Of a stretch of 64,000 nucleotides of DNA, positions 37,953 through 49,363 are shown piece by piece. Below the pieces are notes generated by a model. It was not told the origin of the DNA, made no database searches, and saw only the letters and a program-made list of their open reading frames with translations. The position numbers and the translations under genes are program-made. The number at the start of each line of letters is the position of its first letter. Within the stretch, counting starts at the first letter, position 1. Source of the DNA: Myxococcota bacterium (GTDB lineage Bacteria; Myxococcota_A; Polyangia; Nannocystales; Nannocystaceae); the NCBI GenBank assembly GCA_039028615.1, contig JBCCHT010000001.1:64001-128000 (forward strand), written 5' to 3'.

Positions 37953-40661
37953 TCACGCGACGGTTTGGGCCTGCTCCATGAGCCGGTCGTTGGTGATGAC
38001 CCACAGATAGCGCAACTTGGCCAAGTCGATCTGATACCCCGGCTCGTTCGGGCCGGGCGCGACGCAGAGCCGAGTCGTACCGTCGTCTTGTTCCAAGCGA
38101 ACCCCGACCAACAGCCGCCCTCGACGCCGCAGCCCCAGGGCCAGCTCGCAAAACCCGACCGTCCCCGAGCCCGGTTTCACCGGTCGCATGCGCACGAAGC
38201 TCTGGCCCCACGAACCGAGCAGCTCGGAGTACACGCCGTCGAACCCGGGCACGACGACCGACTGGAACAGGAAGAACGCGCGCAGCTGCGGGATCGAGTA
38301 GATCCGCACGTGGTGCTTGCCGAGGGTCCGAAAGTGCTCCTCGAGCCGGGCGGCGAGCCGGGCATCGAAGACCTCGGCCACCACTCGGGGGCGCCCGTGC
38401 TCGGCTCCGTGCGCGGCCAACAGGTCCTCGAGCTTGAGCAAGGTCGTGGTCGTCCGCGCGTCGTTTTCTCCCTCGGCGTCGGCCATGAAGACCACTGCGT
38501 CGAGATCACCGACATGACCGAAGCCAGCCGGCAGATCCACCAGGTGCCGGCTGGCCATCCAGTCCGCGACCCGCACCTGCACCCGGCTCTCCTGCGCACT
38601 CGCCGTGTTCGCCTGCTGGAACACGTAGCTGCCGTCGGGCTGAGAGACGAAGGCACCGTGGTAGGCGGGCATCAGCCCGCGGTCGACCAGCTCGCTGTGC
38701 TCTTCGAGCGCATCCCGGGCCCGTCGCTCCGCGACCGCGTCCGCGACCAACACCAGCACTTCGCCGCCGGGCTGACCCCGCAGCAGTTCCTCGAGCATGT
38801 AGATGGAGCCGCGCCGAAAGCCGCAGACCAAGACCCGACCGATGGTCGTCTGGGCCGTGCGCTCGAGCTGCGGCGGACGCATCACCGATGGCGGCGCCTC
38901 GTCGTGCTCGCGGCGGGCCTCTTTGGGCTGGCTCTCGGCGAAGTCGCGAATCGAACGGAAGTTGTCGGCGATGGCCACCAGGCCCAGGCATCGGCCTCGA
39001 CGCGGAGCATCGGGGTCGCTGCTCCGCGGATTGACGACCACCTCGAAGTCCTGGTGCGAATCCTCGTCGCGCGGCGCCATCATCAGCCCGACCGGCACGA
39101 TGGTCGACTCGCCGCGGGTCAGCCCTCGCTGCAGCAGGTTGTCCATGGCCACCACCGGGTCGGAGCCGAGGTCCGGCGGGTCCTCCATGGTGAAGCCGAG
39201 CCCCTCGGTCTGGAAGAAGCACGTGTAAAGCTCGTGCCCGCGGCTGGTGAGCAGCTCTTCGAGCAGGTCACCCAGGCCCGGGCACCGCACCACGCCGGCC
39301 ACGAACAAGGCGACCAGGCGCTCGGTGGGCACCACGAACGCGCGGAAGGTGGCGCGCCCCGGGGCGACCGCGGCTCGGGCGGCGGCGATGTTGCTGTCGT
39401 CGAGGATCTCCGCGATGACCACCCGCTGGCGCTCGCGGGGCCGACGAGGCCGACGCTCGATCTGCGCCCGCACCCGCTCCACCAGGTTCAGCAGCGTCTG
39501 GATGGTGTCGGCATCGGGCGAGGGCTCGTCGTGGTCGGCCAGCAGCACGATGCGCTTGGCGTGCACGAGGTCGGCCCGTACCAGCAGGTTGTCGTCCTTG
39601 TCGGCGCGCTCGCGGTACACGATGCGCGACAGCTCGGGCTGCCGCAGAAACTCGGGCGGATCCTCGCGGCGACCGACCACCAGATAGCGCGGGCCGAAGA
39701 GCCCGCGTCGCCACAGGTCGCGAAACCACGCCGCCGACAGCACCCGGGCGTCGGTGGGCAGCAGCTTTCGGTAATAGCGCATCAGCTCCGCCAGCAGCCG
39801 TGACGTGGGCGGGGTGACCCCCACGATCACCGTGTGCCCGCGCAGGCCGGCCGGGCGCAGCCGCGACAGCTGCATCAGCTCGTGCACGACATCGGTGCCG
39901 AGACCGATGAGGAACGAGATCAAGAACAGGCCGAAGACGGTCAGGCCCAGGCTGATGAGCACCAGCGGAATGGCGAACGGGGCCGGGAGCATGTTGCCCG
40001 GGTCCTGGACCTGCCGAAATGCCCACCACAACAGATTGAAGAAGGTGCGGTCGCGGGCGTCGACCTGCTCGTCGCCCGTCACGTCGACCCAGCCGCCGCC
40101 GCTCTCGGCGAGGTGGTACATGACCAGCGCGCCCGCGAAGGACAGGCCGCCCACCACGAAGCCCATCAGCATGATCTGCCGGGCCCGCTCTCGCCGCGAC
40201 AAGATCGACCACAGGTCCATCACCAGCGGCGCCCAGTAGCTCACCAGCAGGAACATCCGGGTGAGCCGGAACAACCGCAGCCAGCGGGCGCCCGAGGGTC
40301 CGACGGGCAAGGGCAGGAACGACACCAGCGCGATGAGGTCGGCGAGCAGCAGGAAGAACGTGCCCATCCGAGTCCGTCGTCGACGGATGGGTGCCGAAGG
40401 TCGCTCGACGATGCTGCCGCCCTCCTCGTCGGGATCGGGAGGTCGCTTGATGATCACGAACAGCCGCGCGAGGAACTCGGCCCCGAACATGGTGAGGAAC
40501 AGCGCGTCCGTGCCCTCCACCCACTCGAAGGGCAGCAGGCTCACGATGATGGCGATGCTCAAGACCAGGCGCACCGCGGTGCGCTCGAGGAATCGATCGA
40601 TTTCCTGCACCCACCGCAGGTCTCGCGAAGTACGAGATGGCGTCGGCGAGGCTTCACTCAC
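37953..40661 (-). CDS. Ion channel: voltage-sensor-like domain + CASTOR/POLLUX-like pore + tandem RCK-like domains
   Basis: S2 FGAEFLAR, S3 DLIALVSFLP, S4 RWLRLFRLTR; pore LLWWAFRQVQDPGNM; RCK GHTVIVG, VIAEILDDSN, DARTTTTLLKL, VVAEVFDA, QSVVVPGFDGVYSELLGSWG. Confidence 0.75.
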   Translation of the reverse strand: MSEASPTPSRTSRDLRWVQEIDRFLERTAVRLVLSIAIIVSLLPFEWVEGTDALFLTMFGAEFLARLFVIIKRPPDPDEEGGSIVERPSAPIRRRRTRMGTFFLLLADLIALVSFLPLPVGPSGARWLRLFRLTRMFLLVSYWAPLVMDLWSILSRRERARQIMLMGFVVGGLSFAGALVMYHLAESGGGWVDVTGDEQVDARDRTFFNLLWWAFRQVQDPGNMLPAPFAIPLVLISLGLTVFGLFLISFLIGLGTDVVHELMQLSRLRPAGLRGHTVIVGVTPPTSRLLAELMRYYRKLLPTDARVLSAAWFRDLWRRGLFGPRYLVVGRREDPPEFLRQPELSRIVYRERADKDDNLLVRADLVHAKRIVLLADHDEPSPDADTIQTLLNLVERVRAQIERRPRRPRERQRVVIAEILDDSNIAAARAAVAPGRATFRAFVVPTERLVALFVAGVVRCPGLGDLLEELLTSRGHELYTCFFQTEGLGFTMEDPPDLGSDPVVAMDNLLQRGLTRGESTIVPVGLMMAPRDEDSHQDFEVVVNPRSSDPDAPRRGRCLGLVAIADNFRSIRDFAESQPKEARREHDEAPPSVMRPPQLERTAQTTIGRVLVCGFRRGSIYMLEELLRGQPGGEVLVLVADAVAERRARDALEEHSELVDRGLMPAYHGAFVSQPDGSYVFQQANTASAQESRVQVRVADWMASRHLVDLPAGFGHVGDLDAVVFMADAEGENDARTTTTLLKLEDLLAAHGAEHGRPRVVAEVFDARLAARLEEHFRTLGKHHVRIYSIPQLRAFFLFQSVVVPGFDGVYSELLGSWGQSFVRMRPVKPGSGTVGFCELALGLRRRGRLLVGVRLEQDDGTTRLCVAPGPNEPGYQIDLAKLRYLWVITNDRLMEQAQTVA

Positions 40662-40727
40662 GAGGGCCGCAGGATACCCGCCCCGACCGGAGCCAGCCAC
40701 CCACCGACCTGGGCCTTGCCCGACCGG

Positions 40728-41279
40728 CTAGCGGGCGGGGGCGGACGAGGGGCCGAGCGCGGCCGCGTCGGCGAGCACCTGGTCGGCGTGCACCCCCGGA
40801 TCGACCCCTCGGTAGACCTTGGCGATGGTGCCGTCGGGCCCGATGAGAAAGCTGTCGCGATCGGTCATGCCGAGGGTGGTGTCGACCCCGAAGGCATTCG
40901 ACCAGGCGTGGTCTTCGTCGGCGATGAGGGGCAGCGGCAGCGCATGCTCCTCGGCGAACTCGGCGTGGGACTCGTTGGAGTCGGACGAGACGCCCACCAC
41001 CAGCACCCCGGCCTGCTCGTAGCGCTCCCAGGTGTCACGGAAGGCGCACGCTTCCTTCGTGCAGCCGGGGGTGCCGTCGCGCGGGTAGAAATAGACGAGC
41101 ACGGTGGTGCCCTGCAGCGCGGGCAGGTCGATGGTGGTGCCGTCGTGCGCGACCCGAGACAACTCCGGGGCCGAAGCGCCGACCTCGAGCAGCTCGACGC
41201 TGCGCCCCGCGCAACCGGTCACGACCGGGGCGGTCAGCATCAACGAGCCACAAAGCAGCCAGGCACGACGGGCGAGCAT
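40728..41279 (-). CDS. bcp: Peroxiredoxin Q/BCP with lipoprotein signal
   Basis: VYFYPRDGTPGCTKEACAFRD, GVSSD, SHAEFAEEH; N-terminal VVTGC lipobox. Confidence 0.88.
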   Translation of the reverse strand: MLARRAWLLCGSLMLTAPVVTGCAGRSVELLEVGASAPELSRVAHDGTTIDLPALQGTTVLVYFYPRDGTPGCTKEACAFRDTWERYEQAGVLVVGVSSDSNESHAEFAEEHALPLPLIADEDHAWSNAFGVDTTLGMTDRDSFLIGPDGTIAKVYRGVDPGVHADQVLADAAALGPSSAPAR

Positions 41280-41325
41280 GCCTGGCTCATAGCGCATGAC
41301 CGAGCGCGCGGCCACCGGTCGGCCC

Positions 41326-42189
41326 CTACGAGGCCATCGGCGTGAACGAGATGGACACGTGGCCGCGGGCCATGATCGCCGGCCCCGACCCGGCACGCGA
41401 CTTCGCCTCGACGTCGGACTCGATGGACCAACGCACCGGGCCCTCGGTCGCGACCTCGATCGTCTGCGTAAGCTTCGCTCGATTCTGGACGCCGTCTCTG
41501 GCCGCGAAGGTCTCCACCGCGCCCGAGACATCGAGGTGCGCGGTGCCGTCCGCGACTCGCGTCAGGGTGAACTCGAAGTCGTGCCGCCGCGTACGCCGGA
41601 CGCCTTCATGCACGTTCAGCACCTCCTCCTCGGGCAGGGGCATGAGCCGCTCGCCCTTCGTCAGGCTGCGCCCATCGAGCATGCGCGCCGCAGCCGAGTG
41701 GTCGCGCATGCTGGTCATGAAGCGCTCCAGGCTGACGAGTTCATCCTTCTTCACCGCGCCCCGCTGCACGTGGGTGGCGCGCAGGGGGTCGTCCTTTGTC
41801 CACGACAGCAGATAGGTCGAACCCAACACCAGGCTCGGGATCGGGGTGTGGACGCCGGCCTCGTCGATCAACTCCGTCTCGTTCTCCCGCACGTGCACCC
41901 GCGCCGAGGTGATGCCCCACTCACCCGACGACAGGACCTCGACGTCGGCGACCACGCGGCTGTGGATGTTGGTCGACTTGCCCAGCCGCAGCTGCCCCTT
42001 TTCTTCCGCCGTCCACGTGAAGCGGTCGCCGACCGCCGGCACGGCGACGTTGAACTTCACGGAGGCGGGCCGCGGGTCCGCCTCCGGCCCGACCTCGTCC
42101 GGCGTCTTCCGATCGCATCCGCCATGGACGACGAGACCGAGGAGCAACGCGACGCGACACGCGGTACGGGCGGGGGCGAGTCCAACCAT
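41326..42189 (-). CDS. Hypothetical lipoprotein
   Basis: Signal peptide ending VHGGC; beta-strand-like composition; fills the gap between bcp and fumC. Confidence 0.6.
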   Translation of the reverse strand: MVGLAPARTACRVALLLGLVVHGGCDRKTPDEVGPEADPRPASVKFNVAVPAVGDRFTWTAEEKGQLRLGKSTNIHSRVVADVEVLSSGEWGITSARVHVRENETELIDEAGVHTPIPSLVLGSTYLLSWTKDDPLRATHVQRGAVKKDELVSLERFMTSMRDHSAAARMLDGRSLTKGERLMPLPEEEVLNVHEGVRRTRRHDFEFTLTRVADGTAHLDVSGAVETFAARDGVQNRAKLTQTIEVATEGPVRWSIESDVEAKSRAGSGPAIMARGHVSISFTPMAS

Positions 42190-42326
42190 CGCCCCTTGAT
42201 TGCGACGAGCGCGAGTGGCGAGTCAAGGGCCGACGGGGACAGGCCGAGCAAGCCATGAGCGAAAACCGCACCTGAGAGTAATCTCTGCCCCGGGCCAGGC
42301 CCGATCCTGCTAGCCTCCCGCCCGCC

Positions 42327-43733
42327 ATGAGCTCGAAACAAGCCAACCGGATCGAGACCGACAGCATGGGGGAGATCGAGGTCCCCGCCGACCGCTACTG
42401 GGGCGCCCAGACCCAGCGCTCTCTGCATCACTTCAGCATCGGCAACGACCACTTTCCCCGCGCGATGATCCGCGCCCTCGGCTTGCTCAAGAAGGCCGCC
42501 GCCCTCACCAACGGCGACCTCGAGACGCTGCCCAAAGAGACGGTCGACCTGGTGAGCCGCGCCGCCGACGAGGTCATCGAGGGCAAGCTCGACGACCACT
42601 TCCCCTTGTTCGTGTGGCAGACCGGCAGCGGTACCCAGACCAACATGAACAGCAACGAGGTGATCGCCAACCGAGCCATCGAGCTGGCCGGGGGTGAGCT
42701 GGGCAGCAAGACGCCCGTGCACCCCAACGATCACGTCAACCGCGGGCAGTCCTCGAACGACACCTTCCCCACCGCCATGCACATCGCGGCGGCGGAGCAG
42801 ACGGTACACGCGCTACTGCCCAGCCTGCAGCGGCTGCGCGACGCGCTGCAGGCCAAGTCCGAGGCGTTCGCCGACGTGGTGAAGATCGGCCGTACCCACC
42901 TGCAAGACGCCACGCCGGTCACGCTCGGCCAAGAGCTGTCCGGGCACGTGTCGCAGCTCGACCACGCCCGCGCCGCCGTCGAGGCGCTGCTGCCCCAAGT
43001 GTACGAGCTGGCCCTCGGCGGCACCGCAGTCGGCACCGGGCTCAACACCCACGCCGAGTATGCCGAGCGCAGCGCCGCTCGCATCGCCGAGCTCACCGGG
43101 CTGCCCTTCGTGACCGCGCCCAACAAGTTCGCCGCCCTGGCCGCCCACGACGCCCTGGTGCTGCTGCACGGCACGTTCAAGAACCTGGCCGGCGCCCTGC
43201 ACAAGATCGCCAACGACGTCCGCTGGCTGGCCTCGGGCCCGCGCTGCGGCATCGGCGAGATCAAGATCCCCGAGAACGAGCCGGGCTCGTCGATCATGCC
43301 GGGCAAGGTCAACCCCACCCAGTGCGAGGCGCTCACCATGGTCTGCGCCCAGGTGATGGGTAACGACGTGGCCGTCAGCGTCGGTGGTATGAGCGGGAAC
43401 TTCGAGCTCAACGTCTACAAGCCGCTCATCATCCACAACGTGCTGCACTCGGCGCGCATCCTCGCCGACAGCATGGACAACTTCCGCCGCTTCTGCGCCG
43501 AGGGCATCGAGCCCAACCGCGAGCGCATCGACCAGAACCTGCGCGACAGCCTCATGCTGGTCACCGCGCTCAACCCCCACATCGGCTACGACAAGGCGGC
43601 CAAGATCGCCAAGAAGGCCTATGTGGACGGCACCACCCTCGAGGCGGCCGCGGTGGAGCTCGGCTACCTGACCTCCGAGCAATTCGCCCAGTGGGTCGAC
43701 CCCAGCAAGATGGTCGGACCCTCCAAGGACTGA
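42327..43733 (+). CDS. fumC: Class II fumarate hydratase
   Basis: [37 protein letters not shown], signature [15 protein letters not shown]. Confidence 0.97.
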   Translation: MSSKQANRIETDSMGEIEVPADRYWGAQTQRSLHHFSIGNDHFPRAMIRALGLLKKAAALTNGDLETLPKETVDLVSRAADEVIEGKLDDHFPLFVWQTGSGTQTNMNSNEVIANRAIELAGGELGSKTPVHPNDHVNRGQSSNDTFPTAMHIAAAEQTVHALLPSLQRLRDALQAKSEAFADVVKIGRTHLQDATPVTLGQELSGHVSQLDHARAAVEALLPQVYELALGGTAVGTGLNTHAEYAERSAARIAELTGLPFVTAPNKFAALAAHDALVLLHGTFKNLAGALHKIANDVRWLASGPRCGIGEIKIPENEPGSSIMPGKVNPTQCEALTMVCAQVMGNDVAVSVGGMSGNFELNVYKPLIIHNVLHSARILADSMDNFRRFCAEGIEPNRERIDQNLRDSLMLVTALNPHIGYDKAAKIAKKAYVDGTTLEAAAVELGYLTSEQFAQWVDPSKMVGPSKD

Positions 43734-43737
43734 GCCC

Positions 43738-45774
<2,037 letters not shown>

Positions 45775-45787
45775 GCCGGCCGACACC

Positions 45788-45976
45788 ATGGGAGAGGACG
45801 TCGACGTCACTTGCCCCTGGTGCGGCGAACACCTGTCGATGTGGGTCGACGCAGACGCTCGCGGTTCCTTCGTCCAGGACTGCGAGGTCTGCTGTCGCCC
45901 GTGGCTGGTCCAGGTGAGCTGGGACCTCGACGACCACGGCCAAGCTCGCTGCCAGGCCTGGGTGCAGCGCTCCTGA
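45788..45976 (+). CDS. CPXCG-motif small Cys-rich protein
   Basis: VTCPWCGE...VQDCEVCCRPW. Confidence 0.85.
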   Translation: MGEDVDVTCPWCGEHLSMWVDADARGSFVQDCEVCCRPWLVQVSWDLDDHGQARCQAWVQRS

Positions 45977-46001
45977 CGGCAGCGCGGTGTTATGGTGAGG
46001 C

Positions 46002-46637
46002 GTGGCTCGGCTCCACCACGTCAGTCGACAGCAGCTGGCCCAGGCTCGTGCCTCGACGCCGATGCCCAAGGTCGGCGCGCCCTCCTGGAAGCCGGCCCGG
46101 CCCCGCACCGAGGGCGCCGGCCTGCGCCCCTGGTTCGACCTCACCCCGCGCTCGCCCTCCATCGATAGCCGGGTGGGTGCCAACGACGTCGAGCTCAGCG
46201 CCACGCTGGCGACCTTCGGCGGCGTGACCGAGCCCGGCCCTGGTGCCACGGGTCCCGACGATGGCGCGGAGCGGCCTCCCGTGATCCTGGGCGGCAACCC
46301 GGTCGCGCCGGGAACCCCCGCGGGCCCCATCGAGCACCGCTCCCGACAGTGCACCGTTCGCGTGCGGGTGTCGGCCGAAGGCCTGAGCCGCGGGCGCCAG
46401 TGCCTGCTGCTCGCGGCCCTGGCTGCGCTGGGTCACCCCGAGCGACCCCACTACGTGCAGGTCCTGCTCGGGGAGACCGTCCTCGGCGAAGACCTCATCA
46501 CGGGCGACGACCGCGTGGGCGTCCTGTTCGATGTACCCGACGATGGACGCCTCGCCCTCGACTTGTGGCTACGACTCGCGGCGAGCGAAGTCGGGGCTCG
46601 GCTCGGGGTGTGGGGCGTGCAAGGGCACCTCCTGTAA
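46002..46637 (+). CDS. Hypothetical protein
   Basis: 211-aa ORF filling the gap, high-GC3 codon pattern; no recognisable motif. Confidence 0.45.
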   Translation: MARLHHVSRQQLAQARASTPMPKVGAPSWKPARPRTEGAGLRPWFDLTPRSPSIDSRVGANDVELSATLATFGGVTEPGPGATGPDDGAERPPVILGGNPVAPGTPAGPIEHRSRQCTVRVRVSAEGLSRGRQCLLLAALAALGHPERPHYVQVLLGETVLGEDLITGDDRVGVLFDVPDDGRLALDLWLRLAASEVGARLGVWGVQGHLL

Positions 46638-48440
46638 CGAGCGGGCCGCACGGGCAAAGGGAGCGAGCGGGTTGTCGATCGGCCCCGCGAACTGAAGGCT
46701 GGAGCTCGGATCGCTGAGGTCCAGCAGCTGACGACGACAGCGGAGCTGAAGGCGATTGGAGCACGACAGCTCGAACCGCGGCACGAACAGGCTGTCGCGC
46801 TCGAACGCGGCCTGCGACGCAGGATGCTCGTCCAGGTAGGCCCAGATGGCCTCCGCTACCAAGCGCCAGAACTCGGCCTGAGGAACGCCCGCGTCCCGGG
46901 CCGCAATGGGGGCCAAGAACCGAAAGAAGCAATCGAAGACGTCCATGAAGAAGGCCTGATTGCGCAGCGCGGGCGGGATGTGGATGCCCACCCGTCGGAC
47001 CTCGGGCGGCAGCCGCTCCGCGCCCTCGAACACCGCGATCTCTTCCGCGATGTCCTTCATGAACACCCGCACGGGGAGGCCGTCGCGCAGGACCAGGATG
47101 GTGTTCTCGCCGTGCGGCATGAACACCAGCGAGTGCACGTAGTAGCAGTGCACCAGCGGGACCAGGTAGGCACGAAGGTAACGACGCAGCCAATCGGCGC
47201 CCGAGCGGCCGCTGCGACGAACCAACGCGCCGAGCATCGAGGCGCCGCCCTGGTCGCGATGCAACAGCGCGGCCATGGTGACGAGCTGCTCGCCATCTTC
47301 GATGCGCGTCCGGGGGCTCTCGCGCCACAGGGCGGCCAGCATCTTGTTGTGCGGGCTGCTGCGAGGACCAGCGCGTTCGAAGGTCGGGCTGCGATAGCCC
47401 ACCGTGGCGACCTCGCGCAGGATCCCGAAGCCTAGCCGACGAAGGGTCGGATCCTCGCGCACGAGCTCGTCGACCCACTCGTTGATCGCGGGCGTCCCCT
47501 CCATGTAGTAGGGCGAAAGACCCCGCACGAACCCCATGTTCACGATGCTCAACGCAGTCTTGACGTAGTGACGCCGGGGGTGGCTGAGGTTGTATGCGGT
47601 ACGGATGCTCTGCTGCGGCTGGTAGTGGTCGTCTCCCTCGCCCAGCACCACCAGGTCGCGACGGGCGATGTCGCCGGCGAACAAAAAGCACAGGCGGTTG
47701 CGCCACTGCCAGGGATGGACCGGAATCAGCACATAGCGAGCCCCTGGCCGCCCTTGCGCTCGAATGGCGGCATCGAAGCGGGCTCGGGTGTCCAGGCCCA
47801 GCTCCTCACGCAAGAGCCCTTCGTAGTCGAGCGACGCCACGCTGTGGAAGGCGGCGTGGCGGCTCGAGGCGGCGAGCCACATCATCCGCATCGTGGTCGC
47901 GGCCTCGGGCGCGTGACGTCGATAGTCATCGACGTCGAAACCCAAGCGCCCCGCATTGACCACGAAGCACGGATGCCCCGCCGTCATCGAGGTCTCCACG
48001 TCCTGGAACGAGCCCCGCGCCAACGCGTCGGCATCGAAGCGCTGACGCCCGTCTTTGTACGCGTCGGCGAACAGGCATGCGCTCAGCTCCTCGAGGTATC
48101 CCGACAGCGCGTCCGCGGGTAGGCCCAGGCGCTCGCGGAAATCGAGCACGAACTGCTGGCAATCGAGCGGCGTGGGCTCGCCGTCGTGGACGCGGGTGAT
48201 CGAGTCCGGCTCCACTTCCCAGTGGTCGAGCAACCAGCGTGCGGCCGCGAACTCGTAGCGCACCCCGGGATCGTCACCGACCAGTTCGAATCGAGGGTCA
48301 CCATCACCGAGCCCGCGAGGCTCCAGCAACCGCTCGTGCGACAGCTCGGCCAGCATCTTCGCCATCAACCTTCGCGTGACCCGTGCCCAACGCTCGGGAG
48401 CGAGATGCTCGACCGCATCGACCTCTCGACGTCCGTTCAT
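46569..48440 (-). CDS. IucA/IucC-family NIS siderophore synthetase (DesD/AlcC type), copy 1
   Basis: AKMLAELSHE, MTAGHPCFVVNAGRLGF, PVHPWQW, PQQSIRT, GFVRGLS, LWRESP, FMPHGEN, KDIAEE. Confidence 0.93.
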   Translation of the reverse strand: MNGRREVDAVEHLAPERWARVTRRLMAKMLAELSHERLLEPRGLGDGDPRFELVGDDPGVRYEFAAARWLLDHWEVEPDSITRVHDGEPTPLDCQQFVLDFRERLGLPADALSGYLEELSACLFADAYKDGRQRFDADALARGSFQDVETSMTAGHPCFVVNAGRLGFDVDDYRRHAPEAATTMRMMWLAASSRHAAFHSVASLDYEGLLREELGLDTRARFDAAIRAQGRPGARYVLIPVHPWQWRNRLCFLFAGDIARRDLVVLGEGDDHYQPQQSIRTAYNLSHPRRHYVKTALSIVNMGFVRGLSPYYMEGTPAINEWVDELVREDPTLRRLGFGILREVATVGYRSPTFERAGPRSSPHNKMLAALWRESPRTRIEDGEQLVTMAALLHRDQGGASMLGALVRRSGRSGADWLRRYLRAYLVPLVHCYYVHSLVFMPHGENTILVLRDGLPVRVFMKDIAEEIAVFEGAERLPPEVRRVGIHIPPALRNQAFFMDVFDCFFRFLAPIAARDAGVPQAEFWRLVAEAIWAYLDEHPASQAAFERDSLFVPRFELSCSNRLQLRCRRQLLDLSDPSSSLQFAGPIDNPLAPFARAARSLQEVPLHAPHPEPSPDFARRES

Positions 48441-48457
48441 AACGGATGACTATATTT

Positions 48458-48476
48458 GATATTGAAAATCAAAACC
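48458..48476. promoter_or_regulatory. Fur box (left arm of divergent siderophore promoter)
   Basis: GATATTGAAAATCAAAACC, 14/19 to GATAATGATAATCATTATC, 18 nt from the synthetase ATG. Confidence 0.75.
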
Positions 48477-48569
48477 ATCCAACACAAAGAAACGGATTTC
48501 GTTCCAAACTTCGTTTTAATGTCACAAACCATGTTCAATGAGTTCTCTCAATTTTGAATTATGCCATTT

Positions 48570-48588
48570 GATTTTGATTTTAATTTTC
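48570..48588. promoter_or_regulatory. Fur box (right arm)
   Basis: GATTTTGATTTTAATTTTC, 13/19 to the consensus, within a very AT-rich intergenic region. Confidence 0.6.
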
Positions 48589-48628
48589 AAATCGTACAGA
48601 CTGCGCCGCATTGAGGACGCCTTTTCTC

Positions 48629-49345
48629 ATGGACAACCGCGGCTCATTCGTTTCCGGCCTGGACACTCGATTCCGTCAGTTCTGCGAGACCTATTGCGCA
48701 GAGCCCTGCGTCGTCGAAGTCGCGGGCCTCGATCTCATCATCCATCCCCGCGTGTTCCGGGCCGAGGGCGCCTCCACCACGGCGACCTTGATCGAAGCCC
48801 TCGGTCACCCCGAGGGGCAGCGAGTGCTCGACATGGGGTGCGGCACGGGCATCGTCGGCATCCTCGCCGCCCAGAGAGGCGCGCGCTCGGTGGTGCTGGC
48901 CGACCGCTGTCAGCACGCGGTCGACAACGCCCGCGCCAACGTCGTGCACCACCAGCTTCAAGAGCGCTGTGAGGTCCGGCAGTCGGATCTGTTCACCTCC
49001 ATCGAGGGCACCTTCGACCTCATCGTGTTCAACATCCCGTTCCTCTATGCGGAGCACGAAAACGAGATCGAGCTTCCCGCCCCCGAGCACCTCGCCGACG
49101 CCTTACCCCCGCGAGAAGCGTTCGCCGACGTCGGCTACCGGATGATCCGAGCCTTCATGTCGGGCGCCAAAGGGCACCTCGCCCCCGACGGAGCCATTCG
49201 CTGCACCTTCGCCAGCTTCGGCAACCAAGAGGTCTTCGACGCGATTTTGCAGGACGAAGGGCTCACCCGCCGCACCGTCGCATCGCGGGTCGAGGCTCAG
49301 TACGGCCTCGAGTACCTCGCCTACGAGATCCGCCGCGCTCGCTGA
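48629..49345 (+). CDS. Class I SAM-dependent methyltransferase (HemK/PrmC-like)
   Basis: VLDMGCGTG, AVDNARAN, SDLF, FDLIVFNIPF (NPPY-like). Confidence 0.88.
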   Translation: MDNRGSFVSGLDTRFRQFCETYCAEPCVVEVAGLDLIIHPRVFRAEGASTTATLIEALGHPEGQRVLDMGCGTGIVGILAAQRGARSVVLADRCQHAVDNARANVVHHQLQERCEVRQSDLFTSIEGTFDLIVFNIPFLYAEHENEIELPAPEHLADALPPREAFADVGYRMIRAFMSGAKGHLAPDGAIRCTFASFGNQEVFDAILQDEGLTRRTVASRVEAQYGLEYLAYEIRRAR

Positions 49346-49363
49346 ACCACCACGAGTCCAGCC

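Noticed and set aside
42270..42290. Fur box upstream of iron-independent fumC (AGAG-TAAT-CTCT)
   Set aside because: Only a 4-bp dyad with a poor match to the boxes at 48458 and 48570.
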